From: Bacteroidales bacterium
Lineage (GTDB): Bacteria; Bacteroidota; Bacteroidia; Bacteroidales; VadinHA17
DNA length: 60,019 nucleotides
Direction: 5' to 3'
NCBI GenBank assembly: GCA_012517605.1
Contig: JAAYUS010000150.1
Location: 1 to 60,019, forward strand
Shown here: piece after piece, positions 10,569 through 21,213 of the stretch
Numbering within the stretch: the stretch's first letter is position 1
How the letters are laid out: each line of letters opens with the position of its first letter
Made by a program: the position numbers and the translations under genes
Notes under the pieces: generated by a model
The model's database searches: none
Told to the model about the DNA's origin: nothing
What the model saw: the letters and a program-made list of their open reading frames with translations, nothing else

Positions 10569-12137
10569 TTATTTTGACAGCTCAAGGACAATCACAGATT
10601 TTGAAGGCATGTTTACAGTAAGGATACCATCCTTGTATGTAAATCCGTTAAAAGGTGCAGGTTTTATGTTGTCTGCGGCTTCAAACGTGTTCATTGCATT
10701 CATTGAGCCCGCGGTAAGAACTTCACCGCTCACTTTCTTATACGTTTCTCCGATCACGGGACAGGTGAGTGTTATCGCTTTGCCCGGATTGAGGTTTGCA
10801 AGGGAAATATGCACCTTTCCGGCATCGTCGACTGATGCTGATGCCGACACCGACTGGATTTTCCTGTCACCATTTACATAATCTTCGCATTTAAGGTCGG
10901 TTTTCAGCAGGCGCGCATTCTGATGAACCCTGAACATCCTGAATACATGATAGGTAGGGGTAAGCACCATTTTATCGTCTTTTGTCAGTATGACCGACTG
11001 AAGGACATTGACAGTCTGAGCCAGGTTGGCAACTTTGACCCTTTCTGCATGCTGGTTGAAGATATTAAGATGTATTGCTGCTGTTAGGGCATCCCTCAGG
11101 GTGTTCTGCTGATACAGGAAACCCGGATTTGTGCCAGGCTCCACGTTGAACCAGTTGCCCCATTCATCAACAACCAGTCCTTTGGTATGCTGAGGGTCAT
11201 AGCGGTCCATAATTGCCTCATGCCCTTTTATAACCTGTTCCATCTGCAGGTTTGCCCTCATTGTCTGAAACCATTGTCTTTCATCAAAATCAGTGGCTGA
11301 TCCCTTATTGTTCCATCCATCGACAAGTGAATAATAGTGAATTGACAATCCCTGGAACCTTCCCCTTGTTGCAGGATCCTTCATAAGGGTTTCGGTCCAG
11401 GCAACATTGAAGTCGGAAGGGCCGCATGCAACCCTGTAAAGCCTGTTATCCCCATAATTGTTCAGATATGTCGAGAACTGCCTCATGACATCTGAATAGT
11501 ATTCAGCTGTCATGTTGCCACCGCAACCCCAGTTTTCGTTGCCTATGGCAAAATACTTTACCTTCCACGGTTGCTCCTGGCCGTTTTCCTTGCGGAGCCG
11601 CGTCATCGGGCTGTCGGCGTCGGAGGTCAGGTATTCGACCCATTCCGCCATCTCCCTGACTGTTCCGGAGCCAACATTCCCGTTTATATAGGCATCACAG
11701 CCAAGCAGTTCGGTAAGTTTCATGAACTCATGAGTTCCAAATGAATTATCCTCAGTAACACCGCCCCAGTGAGTGTTTACTATTGAAGCCCTTTTTGACT
11801 GCGGACCTATGCCGTCTTTCCAGTGGTAAGTATCGGCAAAGCAGCCTCCAGGCCAGCGGAGGTTGGGTATTTTTATTTCACGGAGAGCAAAAAGAACATC
11901 ATTCCTTATTCCATATGTATTGGGGATCTTTGAATCCATTCCAACCCATATTCCTTCATAGATGCACCTTCCCAGGTGCTCTGAAAAATGGCCATAGATG
12001 TCTTTGCTGATAACAGGACCTGGATTATTGGCAATCACTACAAGCTGGTTGACAGCTGCAGTATTTTCCTTCTGTCCGTTTGCATAGAACGGGGAAAGCA
12101 GGAAAATAGCTGAGATTAAGAGCAGAGATTTTCTCAT
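10569..12137 (-). CDS. GH51 alpha-L-arabinofuranosidase
   Basis: [33 protein letters not shown] (acid/base), VDEWG (nucleophile). Confidence 0.95.
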   Translation of the reverse strand: MRKSLLLISAIFLLSPFYANGQKENTAAVNQLVVIANNPGPVISKDIYGHFSEHLGRCIYEGIWVGMDSKIPNTYGIRNDVLFALREIKIPNLRWPGGCFADTYHWKDGIGPQSKRASIVNTHWGGVTEDNSFGTHEFMKLTELLGCDAYINGNVGSGTVREMAEWVEYLTSDADSPMTRLRKENGQEQPWKVKYFAIGNENWGCGGNMTAEYYSDVMRQFSTYLNNYGDNRLYRVACGPSDFNVAWTETLMKDPATRGRFQGLSIHYYSLVDGWNNKGSATDFDERQWFQTMRANLQMEQVIKGHEAIMDRYDPQHTKGLVVDEWGNWFNVEPGTNPGFLYQQNTLRDALTAAIHLNIFNQHAERVKVANLAQTVNVLQSVILTKDDKMVLTPTYHVFRMFRVHQNARLLKTDLKCEDYVNGDRKIQSVSASASVDDAGKVHISLANLNPGKAITLTCPVIGETYKKVSGEVLTAGSMNAMNTFEAADNIKPAPFNGFTYKDGILTVNMPSKSVIVLELSK

Positions 12138-12145
12138 TTTATCCG

Positions 12146-13816
12146 TTATTTGGTTTCAAGTTCAATAAATGATCCAAGCTTTTTATACTTTCTGAAAAGC
12201 AAATCATATTTTTCAGCCCTGACGGGATCAGGTTCATAAACCTTTTCGAAACCTCCTCCCATGGCTTTCTGTGCCGATTCAAAATCGCTGTGAATCCCTG
12301 ACATTACAGATGCAGCCATTGCCGAACCGAGAGCGCATGTCTGGTCGTGACCTGCAACTTTTATCGGCATATTAAGGATGTCTGCCACGATCTGCATAAC
12401 ATAAGGATTCTTTTTAGCAACGCCGCCAATGGCTATTACACCGTCGATACGGATCCCTTCCTCTTTAAACCTTTCGTTTATCATTCTCGAACCGAAAGCT
12501 GTTGCCTCAACAAGAGCCCTGAAAATCCTTGGGGCATCCGATCCGAGGGAGAGTCCCGTTATTGCACCTTTGAGTTCCTGGTTTGCATAAGGAGTACGTC
12601 TGCCGTTCAGCCAGTCGAGAGCAACAATGGCTGTCTCATCATCGGGAAGGGATTCAGCATGACGGCTCAGTTCCGGTATTATGCTTCCTGATGCCTCCTG
12701 AATTATCCTTTCCCTTGTGGTTTTGTCGAGCCACGACATTTTGCCGGTTATTTCATTTAATGGCCATAAAAGCAGTTTCCCGAACCAGGCATAAACATCT
12801 CCGAATGCTGACTGTCCGGCTTCCAGACCAAGCATTCCCGGTATTATGGATCCGTCAACCTGACCGCATATACCGGCTACAAGTTTATTTCCAACCTCTT
12901 CCATCGGTGAGACCAGCATGTCGCATGTCGATGTCCCCATTACTTTCACCAGCTGATAAGGCCTGATCTCCCCTCCAATTGCACCAAGGTGTGCATCAAA
13001 AGCTCCTGCTCCAACCTTTACGCCCTGTCTGAGGCCAAGTTTTTCGGCCCACTCATCAGAAAGTGTTCCCACACATACATCGCAGGTATATGTATCACGG
13101 TAAAGGCGATCTCTCAGTCCTGCAAGGACTGGATCGAGGCTTACCAGGAATTTTTCATCCGGAAGCCCGTTGAATTCTTCATGCCACATCGCCTTATGAC
13201 CTGCTGCACACCTGCTTCTTCTGATTTTCAGCGGGTCGGTCATTCCGGTGAGCAAGGCCGGGATCCAGTCGCAATGTTCAACCCATGAAAAGGCATTTTC
13301 ACTTACCTTCCTGTTTGACCGCATAACATGCAGAATCTTAGCCCAGAACCATTCAGATGAATATACTCCGCCCTCATATTTTGTATAATCGGTGCCCCAT
13401 TTTCCTGAAAGATCATTAATCTCCGCGGCTTCCTTTACAGCAGTATGGTCTTTCCAGAGGACGAACATGGCATCCGGGTCATCGCTGAATTCAGGCTTCA
13501 TCGACAAAGGAACGCCTTCCCTGTCGACAGCAACAGGAGTCGATCCTGTGGTATCAACCGTTATTCCTTCAATATTGTTGATGATCTCAGGGCTGAGATC
13601 CTTTAAGGCCCCCTTTATCGATTGCTCAAGGCCTTCAATATAATCGAGAGGATGCTGACGGAACCTGTTTTCCGCAGGATCGCAAAACAATCCCATTTTC
13701 CATCTCGGGTATTCAAAAACTGAAGTACCGGCGGCTTCCCCGGTGGCTGCATCCACTACCAGCGCTCGAACAGAATCAGTGCCATAATCAAGCCCGATAA
13801 CATATTTCCCTGACAT
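12146..13816 (-). CDS. araB: L-ribulokinase (FGGY family)
   Basis: [42 protein letters not shown]. Confidence 0.95.
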   Translation of the reverse strand: MSGKYVIGLDYGTDSVRALVVDAATGEAAGTSVFEYPRWKMGLFCDPAENRFRQHPLDYIEGLEQSIKGALKDLSPEIINNIEGITVDTTGSTPVAVDREGVPLSMKPEFSDDPDAMFVLWKDHTAVKEAAEINDLSGKWGTDYTKYEGGVYSSEWFWAKILHVMRSNRKVSENAFSWVEHCDWIPALLTGMTDPLKIRRSRCAAGHKAMWHEEFNGLPDEKFLVSLDPVLAGLRDRLYRDTYTCDVCVGTLSDEWAEKLGLRQGVKVGAGAFDAHLGAIGGEIRPYQLVKVMGTSTCDMLVSPMEEVGNKLVAGICGQVDGSIIPGMLGLEAGQSAFGDVYAWFGKLLLWPLNEITGKMSWLDKTTRERIIQEASGSIIPELSRHAESLPDDETAIVALDWLNGRRTPYANQELKGAITGLSLGSDAPRIFRALVEATAFGSRMINERFKEEGIRIDGVIAIGGVAKKNPYVMQIVADILNMPIKVAGHDQTCALGSAMAASVMSGIHSDFESAQKAMGGGFEKVYEPDPVRAEKYDLLFRKYKKLGSFIELETK

Positions 13817-13826
13817 AATATTTTAT

Positions 13827-14528
13827 TTATTTATTTTTCTTTCCCTCTTGTCCGTAATAAGCATCTTTCCCGTGTTTACGATTAAAATGCTTGTTCAGGA
13901 GATAGCTTTCAACAGGTTCACTTTTTTTAAGAAGCACCGTATAAAAGGCAATCCTTGCTATCTCTTCCAGAGCAACAGCGTTGTAAACGGCCTCACCTGC
14001 GTCGAGGCCCCAGCAAAACGGCCCGTGGCAGTTAACCAGGGCTGAAGGTAAAGCAAGAGGATCAAGCCCTTTAAGCCGCTCAACGATCACCCTGCCTGTA
14101 TTAAGTTCATAATCTGTCTCAACCTCATCAGCCGTAAGCTCCCTGGTACATGGAACCACGCCATAGTAGTGGTCGGCATGTGTTGTTCCGAGAGGAGGGA
14201 TGTCCTTACCTGCCTGAGCCCAGGCAGTGGCATAAGCTGAATGAGTGTGAACTATGCCTCCGAGTGATGGCCAGGCTTTATATAAATAAAGGTGAGTAGG
14301 AGCATCCGTTGATGGTTTGTATTTACCTTCAACCTTATTCCCCCCACCGTCGAGCACCACCATATCCTCCTCTTTCATTGATGAGTAGCTGACACCTGAA
14401 GGTTTGATGACTATCAGTCCGCTTTCCTGGTCCTTTCCGCTCACATTGCCCCAGGTGTGTATCACCAGGCCATGCTTTACGAGGTCGATATTTGCCTGGA
14501 AAACCTCTCTCTTCAACTTTTCCAGCAT
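13827..14528 (-). CDS. araD: L-ribulose-5-phosphate 4-epimerase
   Basis: TWGNVS, KPSGV, HTHS, GTTHAD, HGPF, C-terminal HGKDAYYGQ. Confidence 0.95.
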   Translation of the reverse strand: MLEKLKREVFQANIDLVKHGLVIHTWGNVSGKDQESGLIVIKPSGVSYSSMKEEDMVVLDGGGNKVEGKYKPSTDAPTHLYLYKAWPSLGGIVHTHSAYATAWAQAGKDIPPLGTTHADHYYGVVPCTRELTADEVETDYELNTGRVIVERLKGLDPLALPSALVNCHGPFCWGLDAGEAVYNAVALEEIARIAFYTVLLKKSEPVESYLLNKHFNRKHGKDAYYGQEGKKNK

Positions 14529-14566
14529 AGTATAATGTATTTAATTATTATTAAATCCGGGAGCTT

Positions 14567-15268
14567 CTAATTAACATCAAGGTTAAAATAGAAGCCCTGT
14601 TTCCTGTGGAGTTCATAACTCTCCCTGTTGAACCTGTAATACCAGGCGCCTTTCTTTGATGTCTCCTTTTCCTTTTCATCAAGTTTCTCAAGAATGTTCA
14701 TTGAAAGGATTTTCTTCCTGAAATTCCTCTTGTCAATCTTTCTCTGGTAAATGGCTTCATATAAATCCTGTAGCTGGACAAGGGTGAACTTCTCAGGCAG
14801 AAGAGCAAAGCCGACGGGTTTTACCTTTATAGTCATCTGGAGGTCACCCAGAGCCTTTTTTACCATCTCCTGGTGATCGAAGATAAGATGAGGGAGCCGC
14901 GAAAGGGATTGCCAATGTGCTCCGTGCAGTTCCTTCAATTCCCTGTCGAGATCTTTGATCTTGATAAGCGCGCTGTAGGAAGTTGATATAACACGGGCAC
15001 CAGGATCCCTGTCAATGCGGCCATACGTGTATGATTGTTCAAGATATAAATCACTCAGCCCGGTAAGACTGAAAAGTATTCGGTTTGCAGCATCATCCAG
15101 GCTCTCATCTTTTCTAACAAAACCTCCAGCCAGTGACCATTTTCCCTTTGCAGGCTCAAAATCCCTCTTAATCAGAAGAAGTTTTATCTCCTTTTCGAGA
15201 ATGTCATAGCCAAAAATGATACAATCAACTGCAACAAGATGTTTTGTATGTTCCGAATAAAGTTTCAT
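14567..15268 (-). CDS. NrtR-family (Nudix + winged HTH) transcriptional regulator, probable arabinose regulator AraR
   Basis: VAVDCIIFG, WSLAGGFV, RDPGARVIS, FTLVQLQDLYE, DKRNFRKK; embedded between araA and araD. Confidence 0.85.
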   Translation of the reverse strand: MKLYSEHTKHLVAVDCIIFGYDILEKEIKLLLIKRDFEPAKGKWSLAGGFVRKDESLDDAANRILFSLTGLSDLYLEQSYTYGRIDRDPGARVISTSYSALIKIKDLDRELKELHGAHWQSLSRLPHLIFDHQEMVKKALGDLQMTIKVKPVGFALLPEKFTLVQLQDLYEAIYQRKIDKRNFRKKILSMNILEKLDEKEKETSKKGAWYYRFNRESYELHRKQGFYFNLDVN

Positions 15269-15314
15269 CAGAATCGATTACAAAGATCCTATTATATCCT
15301 GTTTACCTTCCCGA

Positions 15315-16808
15315 TCAGATAATTCCCCCTGCCATATGATAATAGATCTCATTCAGCCTCAAATCCTTTTTAAAGGCAGACAGTTCACATTTCTCATCAA
15401 TGAGAAGATATTCCATTCCCATCATTGTTGTCAGGTCTTCAATATATTCGGAAGTTATTGCCGTACTGAAGCCTGTATGATGTGCCCCTCCGGCAAGGAT
15501 CCAGGCGGCTGCTGATGTCTTCAGATCGGGTAACGGTTTCCACAGCACACTTGCAACAGGAAGGTTTGGCATATCGGGACAATCAACGACTTCTATCTCA
15601 TTTACTATCATCCTGAACCGGTTTCCAAGGTCTATAAGTGAAGCGCATATTGCCTTTCCGGTGGCTGATTTGAATACCAGACGGGCAGGGTCATCCTTTC
15701 CTCCTATCGACAGAGGGTGAATTTCAAGATATGGCTTATCGGACGCTATCGAAGGGCACACTTCCAGCATATGGGCACCGAGGACCCGCATCCCTGAAGG
15801 ATCGAGATGATAGGTATAGTCCTCCATAAATGATGTTCCTCCAGGAAGCCTGTATGCCATCACCTTCATTGACCTAACGAGTGCTGCAGTTTTCCAGTCA
15901 CCTTCAGCGCCGAATCCGTATCCCTTTTGCATCAGTCTCTGAACTGCCAGGCCCGGTAATTGCTTAAGTCCGTGCAGATCTTCAAAAGTTGTGGTAAATG
16001 CCTTAAAATCACCAGCTTTCAGGAATTTCTCCATGCCGGCTTCGATCCTGGCTGCTTCCTTAAGCGTTTGCGATTCCCCGACGTCGCGGGTAATATTATA
16101 AAGCGATTTATACTCATCAATAAGCAGACTGATCTCACGATCAGATACTTCATTCACAGCAGCTACAAGATCTCCAACACCATAACCGCTCACTGAATAA
16201 CCCATCTTCATCTGGGCGCTGACCTTATTACCCTCGGTTACTGCAACATCTCTCATATTATCGCCAAATCGTGCGACCTTCATATTGAAAGAGTCATTGA
16301 AAGCTGCTGCTGCTCTTGACCATACGGCTATGCTGTGGATAATATCCGGATCTTCCCAGTGACCTACAACAACCTTTCTGTTCAGTCTCATCCTTGTTCC
16401 TATAAAGCCAAACTCACGGTCTCCATGAGCTGACTGGTTCAGGTTCATGAAATCCATGTCGATAGTATCCCATGGTATATCGCGGTTGAGCTGTGTGTGC
16501 AAATGCAGGAATGGCTTGTTAAGCACTGAAAGACCCCTTATCCACATTTTTGCGGGAGAGAAAGTATGCATCCAAGTTATCAGGCCGATGCAGTTTTTGT
16601 TATTGTTTGCCTCGGAACACAAATCAAATATTGAATCAGCCGTAGTCAGCACAGGTTTAAACAATATCCTTACGGGGATCTTCAGCGAATTGTCGAGGGC
16701 TTCTGCTATCGCTCTTGAATCTGCTGCCACCTGGAGCAGCGTATCCGGTCCGTACAGATGCTGACTACCGGTAACAAACCAGATCTCTTTATTGTTAAAG
16801 TTATACAT
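15315..16808 (-). CDS. araA: L-arabinose isomerase
   Basis: [55 protein letters not shown]. Confidence 0.97.
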   Translation of the reverse strand: MYNFNNKEIWFVTGSQHLYGPDTLLQVAADSRAIAEALDNSLKIPVRILFKPVLTTADSIFDLCSEANNNKNCIGLITWMHTFSPAKMWIRGLSVLNKPFLHLHTQLNRDIPWDTIDMDFMNLNQSAHGDREFGFIGTRMRLNRKVVVGHWEDPDIIHSIAVWSRAAAAFNDSFNMKVARFGDNMRDVAVTEGNKVSAQMKMGYSVSGYGVGDLVAAVNEVSDREISLLIDEYKSLYNITRDVGESQTLKEAARIEAGMEKFLKAGDFKAFTTTFEDLHGLKQLPGLAVQRLMQKGYGFGAEGDWKTAALVRSMKVMAYRLPGGTSFMEDYTYHLDPSGMRVLGAHMLEVCPSIASDKPYLEIHPLSIGGKDDPARLVFKSATGKAICASLIDLGNRFRMIVNEIEVVDCPDMPNLPVASVLWKPLPDLKTSAAAWILAGGAHHTGFSTAITSEYIEDLTTMMGMEYLLIDEKCELSAFKKDLRLNEIYYHMAGGII

Positions 16809-16841
16809 GCTCTATATTTTTTGACATTGATCACTAATGAC

Positions 16842-18494
16842 TTACCAGAAATATGCATAAAATGCAATTATCACCACTATGATTATGCCTGAGAAGAAGA
16901 GATCCCAGTTATTCCAGCTTGCCCTTGTCAGAGCTTTCTGCTCAGCCGAAGCCGAACCGACGTACAGGCCTTTTATGGCAACAGGATCGGCTTTTGGTGT
17001 GAAGTAGCTTACTACGATCATAAGTACTATTACCAGGAAGAACAGGATAACCTCATAGTTGTATCCGTTCATTTTCAGGAAAATTGAATAAAGTATTCCG
17101 TCCTGGCCCATACCGGTTCCAAATACCTTGAATCCAAGGCGTGTCATGCCCAGGACAAAACCTGTCAGAAGGCCTATAAATCCGGCTTTCGGAGTTATCC
17201 TTTTCGAGAGAATTCCCAGAAGGAACACTGCAGCGATGCCGGGAGCCAGCATAGACTGGACATCCTGCAGGTAGGCATACAGGAACTTACCAAGGCCTTT
17301 CATGACTGGTATCCAGAGCACTCCAAGAACAACAACTACAACAGTTGCTATCCTGCCTACCCGTACAAGTTCCTTTTCTGTGGCCTGCGGCCTGAATTTT
17401 TCATAGAAGTCGACAGTGAAAAGTGTGGCCGATGAATTAAAGAGAGAGGCAAGCGAACTCATCAGAGCTGCAAGGATTCCTCCGACCACAAGACCTTTAA
17501 AGCCCATCGGCAGAAGTTCTTTTACAAGAACCGAGAATGCCGCATCGGAATTCGGAAGGGTAATAACTCCCTTTGTATTTAAGGCATAGGCGATCATCCC
17601 GGGGATCAGAAAGATGAAAACCGGAAGCAGCTTAAACCCGGCACCCAGAATGGCTCCTCTTCTCGATTCAGTCTGATTCCTTCCTGAAAGAACCCTTTGT
17701 ACTATAAACTGGTCGGTACACCAGTACCAAAAGCCGATTATTGCCGAGCCGAGGATAACTCCGGTCCATGGAAATTCAGGATCATTTGCCGACCTCATGA
17801 GATGAGTCATCGTATCCCCTTCCGCATTCACGGGAACTGCACGGCATATTTCCATCATTTCGGACCATCCTCCAAGTTTCACAAGGCCAATAATGAGTAT
17901 GGCTATCGAACCAAGAAGCAGTATAGGGGTTTGCAGAACAGACGTCCAAAGCACTGCCCTCATACCCCCGAGTGTAGTATAAATACCTGTCAGGACAACA
18001 AGACCGACGGCGCTGATCCAGAAGAAATCGATCCCGAACATCGACTCGATCCCAAAAACCTGTTTGAACACTATTCCGCCGGCATAAACCGTCACAGCTA
18101 CCTTTGTAAAGACATAACTGACAAGAGATATTATTGAAAGTACACTTCTGGCGCCTTTGTTATACCTTTTCTCAAGAAACTCCGGCATGGTGAATACACC
18201 GCTCCTGGCATAGAACGGAACGAAAAACCACCCAAGTATCAATATCAGCCATCCGTGCATCTCCCAGTGGGCCATCGCCATTCCGCTTGAGGCTCCTGCC
18301 CCTGCCAGACCTACAAGATGCTCCGAACCTATGTTGGAAGCAAAGATCGAGGATCCGATGGCTAACCATGTAGCATCACGTCCCGCAAGGAAATAATCTG
18401 TTGTTGTCTCCGATTTCTTCTTTGCAACCCAGATTATAATGCCAATTAGTCCAAGGCAGAACAGACCAAGGACAATCCAGTCTAATATTCCCAT
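16842..18494 (-). CDS. Sodium:solute symporter (SGLT-like), probable arabinose transporter
   Basis: YFLAGR, ASNIGSEH, WYWCTDQFIVQR, AALMSSL; first gene of the ara cluster. Confidence 0.85.
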   Translation of the reverse strand: MGILDWIVLGLFCLGLIGIIIWVAKKKSETTTDYFLAGRDATWLAIGSSIFASNIGSEHLVGLAGAGASSGMAMAHWEMHGWLILILGWFFVPFYARSGVFTMPEFLEKRYNKGARSVLSIISLVSYVFTKVAVTVYAGGIVFKQVFGIESMFGIDFFWISAVGLVVLTGIYTTLGGMRAVLWTSVLQTPILLLGSIAILIIGLVKLGGWSEMMEICRAVPVNAEGDTMTHLMRSANDPEFPWTGVILGSAIIGFWYWCTDQFIVQRVLSGRNQTESRRGAILGAGFKLLPVFIFLIPGMIAYALNTKGVITLPNSDAAFSVLVKELLPMGFKGLVVGGILAALMSSLASLFNSSATLFTVDFYEKFRPQATEKELVRVGRIATVVVVVLGVLWIPVMKGLGKFLYAYLQDVQSMLAPGIAAVFLLGILSKRITPKAGFIGLLTGFVLGMTRLGFKVFGTGMGQDGILYSIFLKMNGYNYEVILFFLVIVLMIVVSYFTPKADPVAIKGLYVGSASAEQKALTRASWNNWDLFFSGIIIVVIIAFYAYFW

Positions 18495-18577
18495 AATCAG
18501 CTTTTTAAGTTAGTATTTTACGGTTATTTGATATTATTGAGGTTCAGATCCGGATAAAAGTATTACAACCTTTTCAT

Positions 18578-18624
18578 CAAATTTAGATAAAAAAAATTTA
18601 ATTAAATGTATGATTTACACTTAA
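18578..18624 (-). promoter_or_regulatory. Putative ara promoter -7 box with overlapping NrtR/AraR-type palindromic operator
   Basis: Minus-strand TAAATTTG at 18585-18578 fits TAnnTTTG; palindrome TTAAATGTATGATTTACACTTAA at 18602-18624 has a GT-N7-AC core. Confidence 0.6.
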
Positions 18625-18684
18625 AATAAAATATAAAAAATGTAAGGACTTGAGCGGGGAGATTCCTTATAAAGAAATCCAAAA

Positions 18685-18781
18685 ACCGCAAAATTCGCAG
18701 ACTTTATTAGCTCAGGGTGCAAAGTGATAAAAATCAATTATTAACTCTTTTGCTTTGCGCAGACCTTGCGACCTTAGCGGT
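18685..18781. repeat. Dispersed imperfect palindromic (REP-like) element, copy 1
   Basis: ACCGCAAA...GGGTGCAAAGT...TTTGCTTTGCG...GCGGT; similar to 52005-52093. Confidence 0.55.
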
Positions 18782-18808
18782 AAAAAGGATTTCTGTCAAT
18801 ATCTGATT

Positions 18809-19603
18809 TTACTGCCTTTTATTTTCCCATTCTGCCAGGGAAGACCGGATAAAATCGATTATCCTTTGATTTTCGGATTTTCCGCTTCCGGTTACAGGGA
18901 AGGGCTCACCGAACCTGAAATGAATTATTTTCTTGCTGTCGAGCGGTCCGAGTTCCTTAATCAGCTTTCCCTGTCCCCAGAAGTCAGTTTTAAGCGCCAC
19001 TGGTATCACTCTTACTCCTGCCTTTTTTGCCAGTTTAACCCCCAGCGAATTGAACTCCTCCGGATTAAAGACCAGGCTCCGGGTGCTCTGGGGGAATATT
19101 ACAATGGAGGTTCCTTTTGCAAGAAGTTCAGGGCCTTTGGTCATAACTTCCTCAAGATCCTTCCTGGGATCGGTCCGGCCCACAACTATAGGATCCCTGG
19201 AACGCATTACATGACCAAAAAGCGGATGACTGACGAGGCTGTCCTTTACGACAAAAGTCACTTCCCTGTGCGGGGCAATAAGCCCCGGAAGTATCATGGT
19301 CTCGAGGGTGCTCATATGATTGGCTATGAATACAACAGGCCCGGGATCCTTTCCGATGTTCTCCATCCCGGAAATACTGAATTTTCCACCGGCTTTTTCA
19401 ATGAACCTGAAGATAAAAAAAGAGGAGTCAGCCCAGGCTTTTGTATCATATACACCCTTTATTGCCTGCCTGCGAGTCCTGAATACAATAACAGCGTATT
19501 TCAGAGTGAAATACAACCTGTTGCAATGGATAATCCTGTCGAACAGATTTCGTTTCCCTTTAACGGGGCTTTCATAAGATCCTGATTCAAAATAACCTTT
19601 CAT
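18809..19603 (-). CDS. Lysophospholipid (PlsC-like) acyltransferase
   Basis: NHMSTLE (HX4E variant of HX4D), FVVKDSL, IFPQSTRS. Confidence 0.8.
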   Translation of the reverse strand: MKGYFESGSYESPVKGKRNLFDRIIHCNRLYFTLKYAVIVFRTRRQAIKGVYDTKAWADSSFFIFRFIEKAGGKFSISGMENIGKDPGPVVFIANHMSTLETMILPGLIAPHREVTFVVKDSLVSHPLFGHVMRSRDPIVVGRTDPRKDLEEVMTKGPELLAKGTSIVIFPQSTRSLVFNPEEFNSLGVKLAKKAGVRVIPVALKTDFWGQGKLIKELGPLDSKKIIHFRFGEPFPVTGSGKSENQRIIDFIRSSLAEWENKRQ

Positions 19604-19725
19604 GAAGATTGTTTTACAGGTAATGCAATTCCGGCCTGTGATGGCTGCCGGAATAATACAAATCTAATATTAAATTGTAAATTTAACGGCTCAACCTAAG
19701 CCAATTTGATTTCAAAAATTTCCTG

Positions 19726-21213
19726 ATGAAGCTCTCTTTAATTGACGCAATAGTACTTTTTGTTCTGATTGCAGGCAATGTCATTCTGGGTGCAAGTTTT
19801 TTCAAAAGAAATAAAACAATCTCCCAGTTCACAACGGGTGGAGGAAAGATCCCTGCATGGGTAATAGGGATGTCGATCTTTGCCACATTTGTCAGCAGCA
19901 TCAGCTTTCTGGGTCTTCCGGGGAAAGCTTATTCCACCAACTGGAACGCTTATGTATTCAGCCTTTCAATACCTTTTGCAGCATATGCCGCTGTAAGGTT
20001 TTTTGTACCCCTTTACAGGGAAGTAGGGAATGTTTCGGCTTATTATTATCTCGAACTGCGTTTTGGTGCCTGGGCGAGGATTTATGCCTCAATGTGCTAC
20101 ATACTGACCCAGCTGATGCGTACCGGAGCAATACTTCTCCTCCTTGCCCTTCCCGTAAATGCGCTTTTCGGATGGGATGTCAGAACCGTTATTGTGATCA
20201 CGGGAGTAGCAGTTATTCTCTATTCAATGCTCGGAGGAATACAGGCTGTAATATGGACCGACACCATTCAGGGAATAATACTTATCGCCGGGGCAATAGT
20301 ATGTGCCTTATTTCTTACGTTTTCGATGCCTGAAGGTGCAGGACAGCTATTCAGGATCGCTGCGCTGAACCATAAATTCAGTCTGGGCAGCTTTGGTACC
20401 AGCCTCAGGGATTCAACTTTCTGGGTTGTACTTGTGTATGGTCTTTTCATAAATCTTCAGAATTACGGTATCGACCAGAATTATATTCAACGTTATATGG
20501 CCTCAGGATCTGAAAAAGGAGCCAAGTTCTCAGCACTGTTCGGATCATTGTTGTATATACCTGTTTCAGCAATCTTTTTTTATATCGGGACAGCCTTGTT
20601 TTCATACTATACGGCTCGGCCTGACCTTTTGCCTGAAGCACTGCGCCAACCGGGATCCGGAGACAGAGTGTTTCCATATTTCATAGCTACCGGATTGCCG
20701 GCAGGGATGACAGGTCTCCTTATTGCAGCAATATTCTCTGCCGGGATGAGCACAGTATCAACAAGTCTGAACAGTACTGCAACGATCTTCCTGACAGACT
20801 ACTATAAGAGATATTTCAGAAAAAATGCGGATGAAAGGTCTTCAATGATGGTACTTCACGTTTCTTCGATGATAACAGGGATTATGGGTATTCTTATTGC
20901 TCTTGCACTTGTTGGAGTCGAAAGCGTTCTCGATGCCTGGTGGGCCCTGGCTTCGATCTTCAGCGGAGGTATGCTCGGACTTTTCCTTCTGGGCTATATC
21001 TCGAAAAAAGCAACCCGTTTCAATGCAGTTATCGCAGTGATTGCAGGCGTTCTGATGATAACCTGGATGAGCCTGTCGCCCATCTGTTTTACCGGTGAAA
21101 AACTATTATCTTTCAGAAGCCAGTTCCATGCGAACCTTACTATTGTTTTCGGGACTGTCATTATCTTTCTGACAGGATTTATTTTAAGCAATATAATCAG
21201 GAGAAAAAAATGA
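19726..21213 (+). CDS. Sodium:solute symporter (SiaT/NIS-like subfamily)
   Basis: SIFATFVSSISFLGLPG, YLELRFG, IDQNYIQRY, FSAGMST. Confidence 0.85.
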   Translation: MKLSLIDAIVLFVLIAGNVILGASFFKRNKTISQFTTGGGKIPAWVIGMSIFATFVSSISFLGLPGKAYSTNWNAYVFSLSIPFAAYAAVRFFVPLYREVGNVSAYYYLELRFGAWARIYASMCYILTQLMRTGAILLLLALPVNALFGWDVRTVIVITGVAVILYSMLGGIQAVIWTDTIQGIILIAGAIVCALFLTFSMPEGAGQLFRIAALNHKFSLGSFGTSLRDSTFWVVLVYGLFINLQNYGIDQNYIQRYMASGSEKGAKFSALFGSLLYIPVSAIFFYIGTALFSYYTARPDLLPEALRQPGSGDRVFPYFIATGLPAGMTGLLIAAIFSAGMSTVSTSLNSTATIFLTDYYKRYFRKNADERSSMMVLHVSSMITGIMGILIALALVGVESVLDAWWALASIFSGGMLGLFLLGYISKKATRFNAVIAVIAGVLMITWMSLSPICFTGEKLLSFRSQFHANLTIVFGTVIIFLTGFILSNIIRRKK

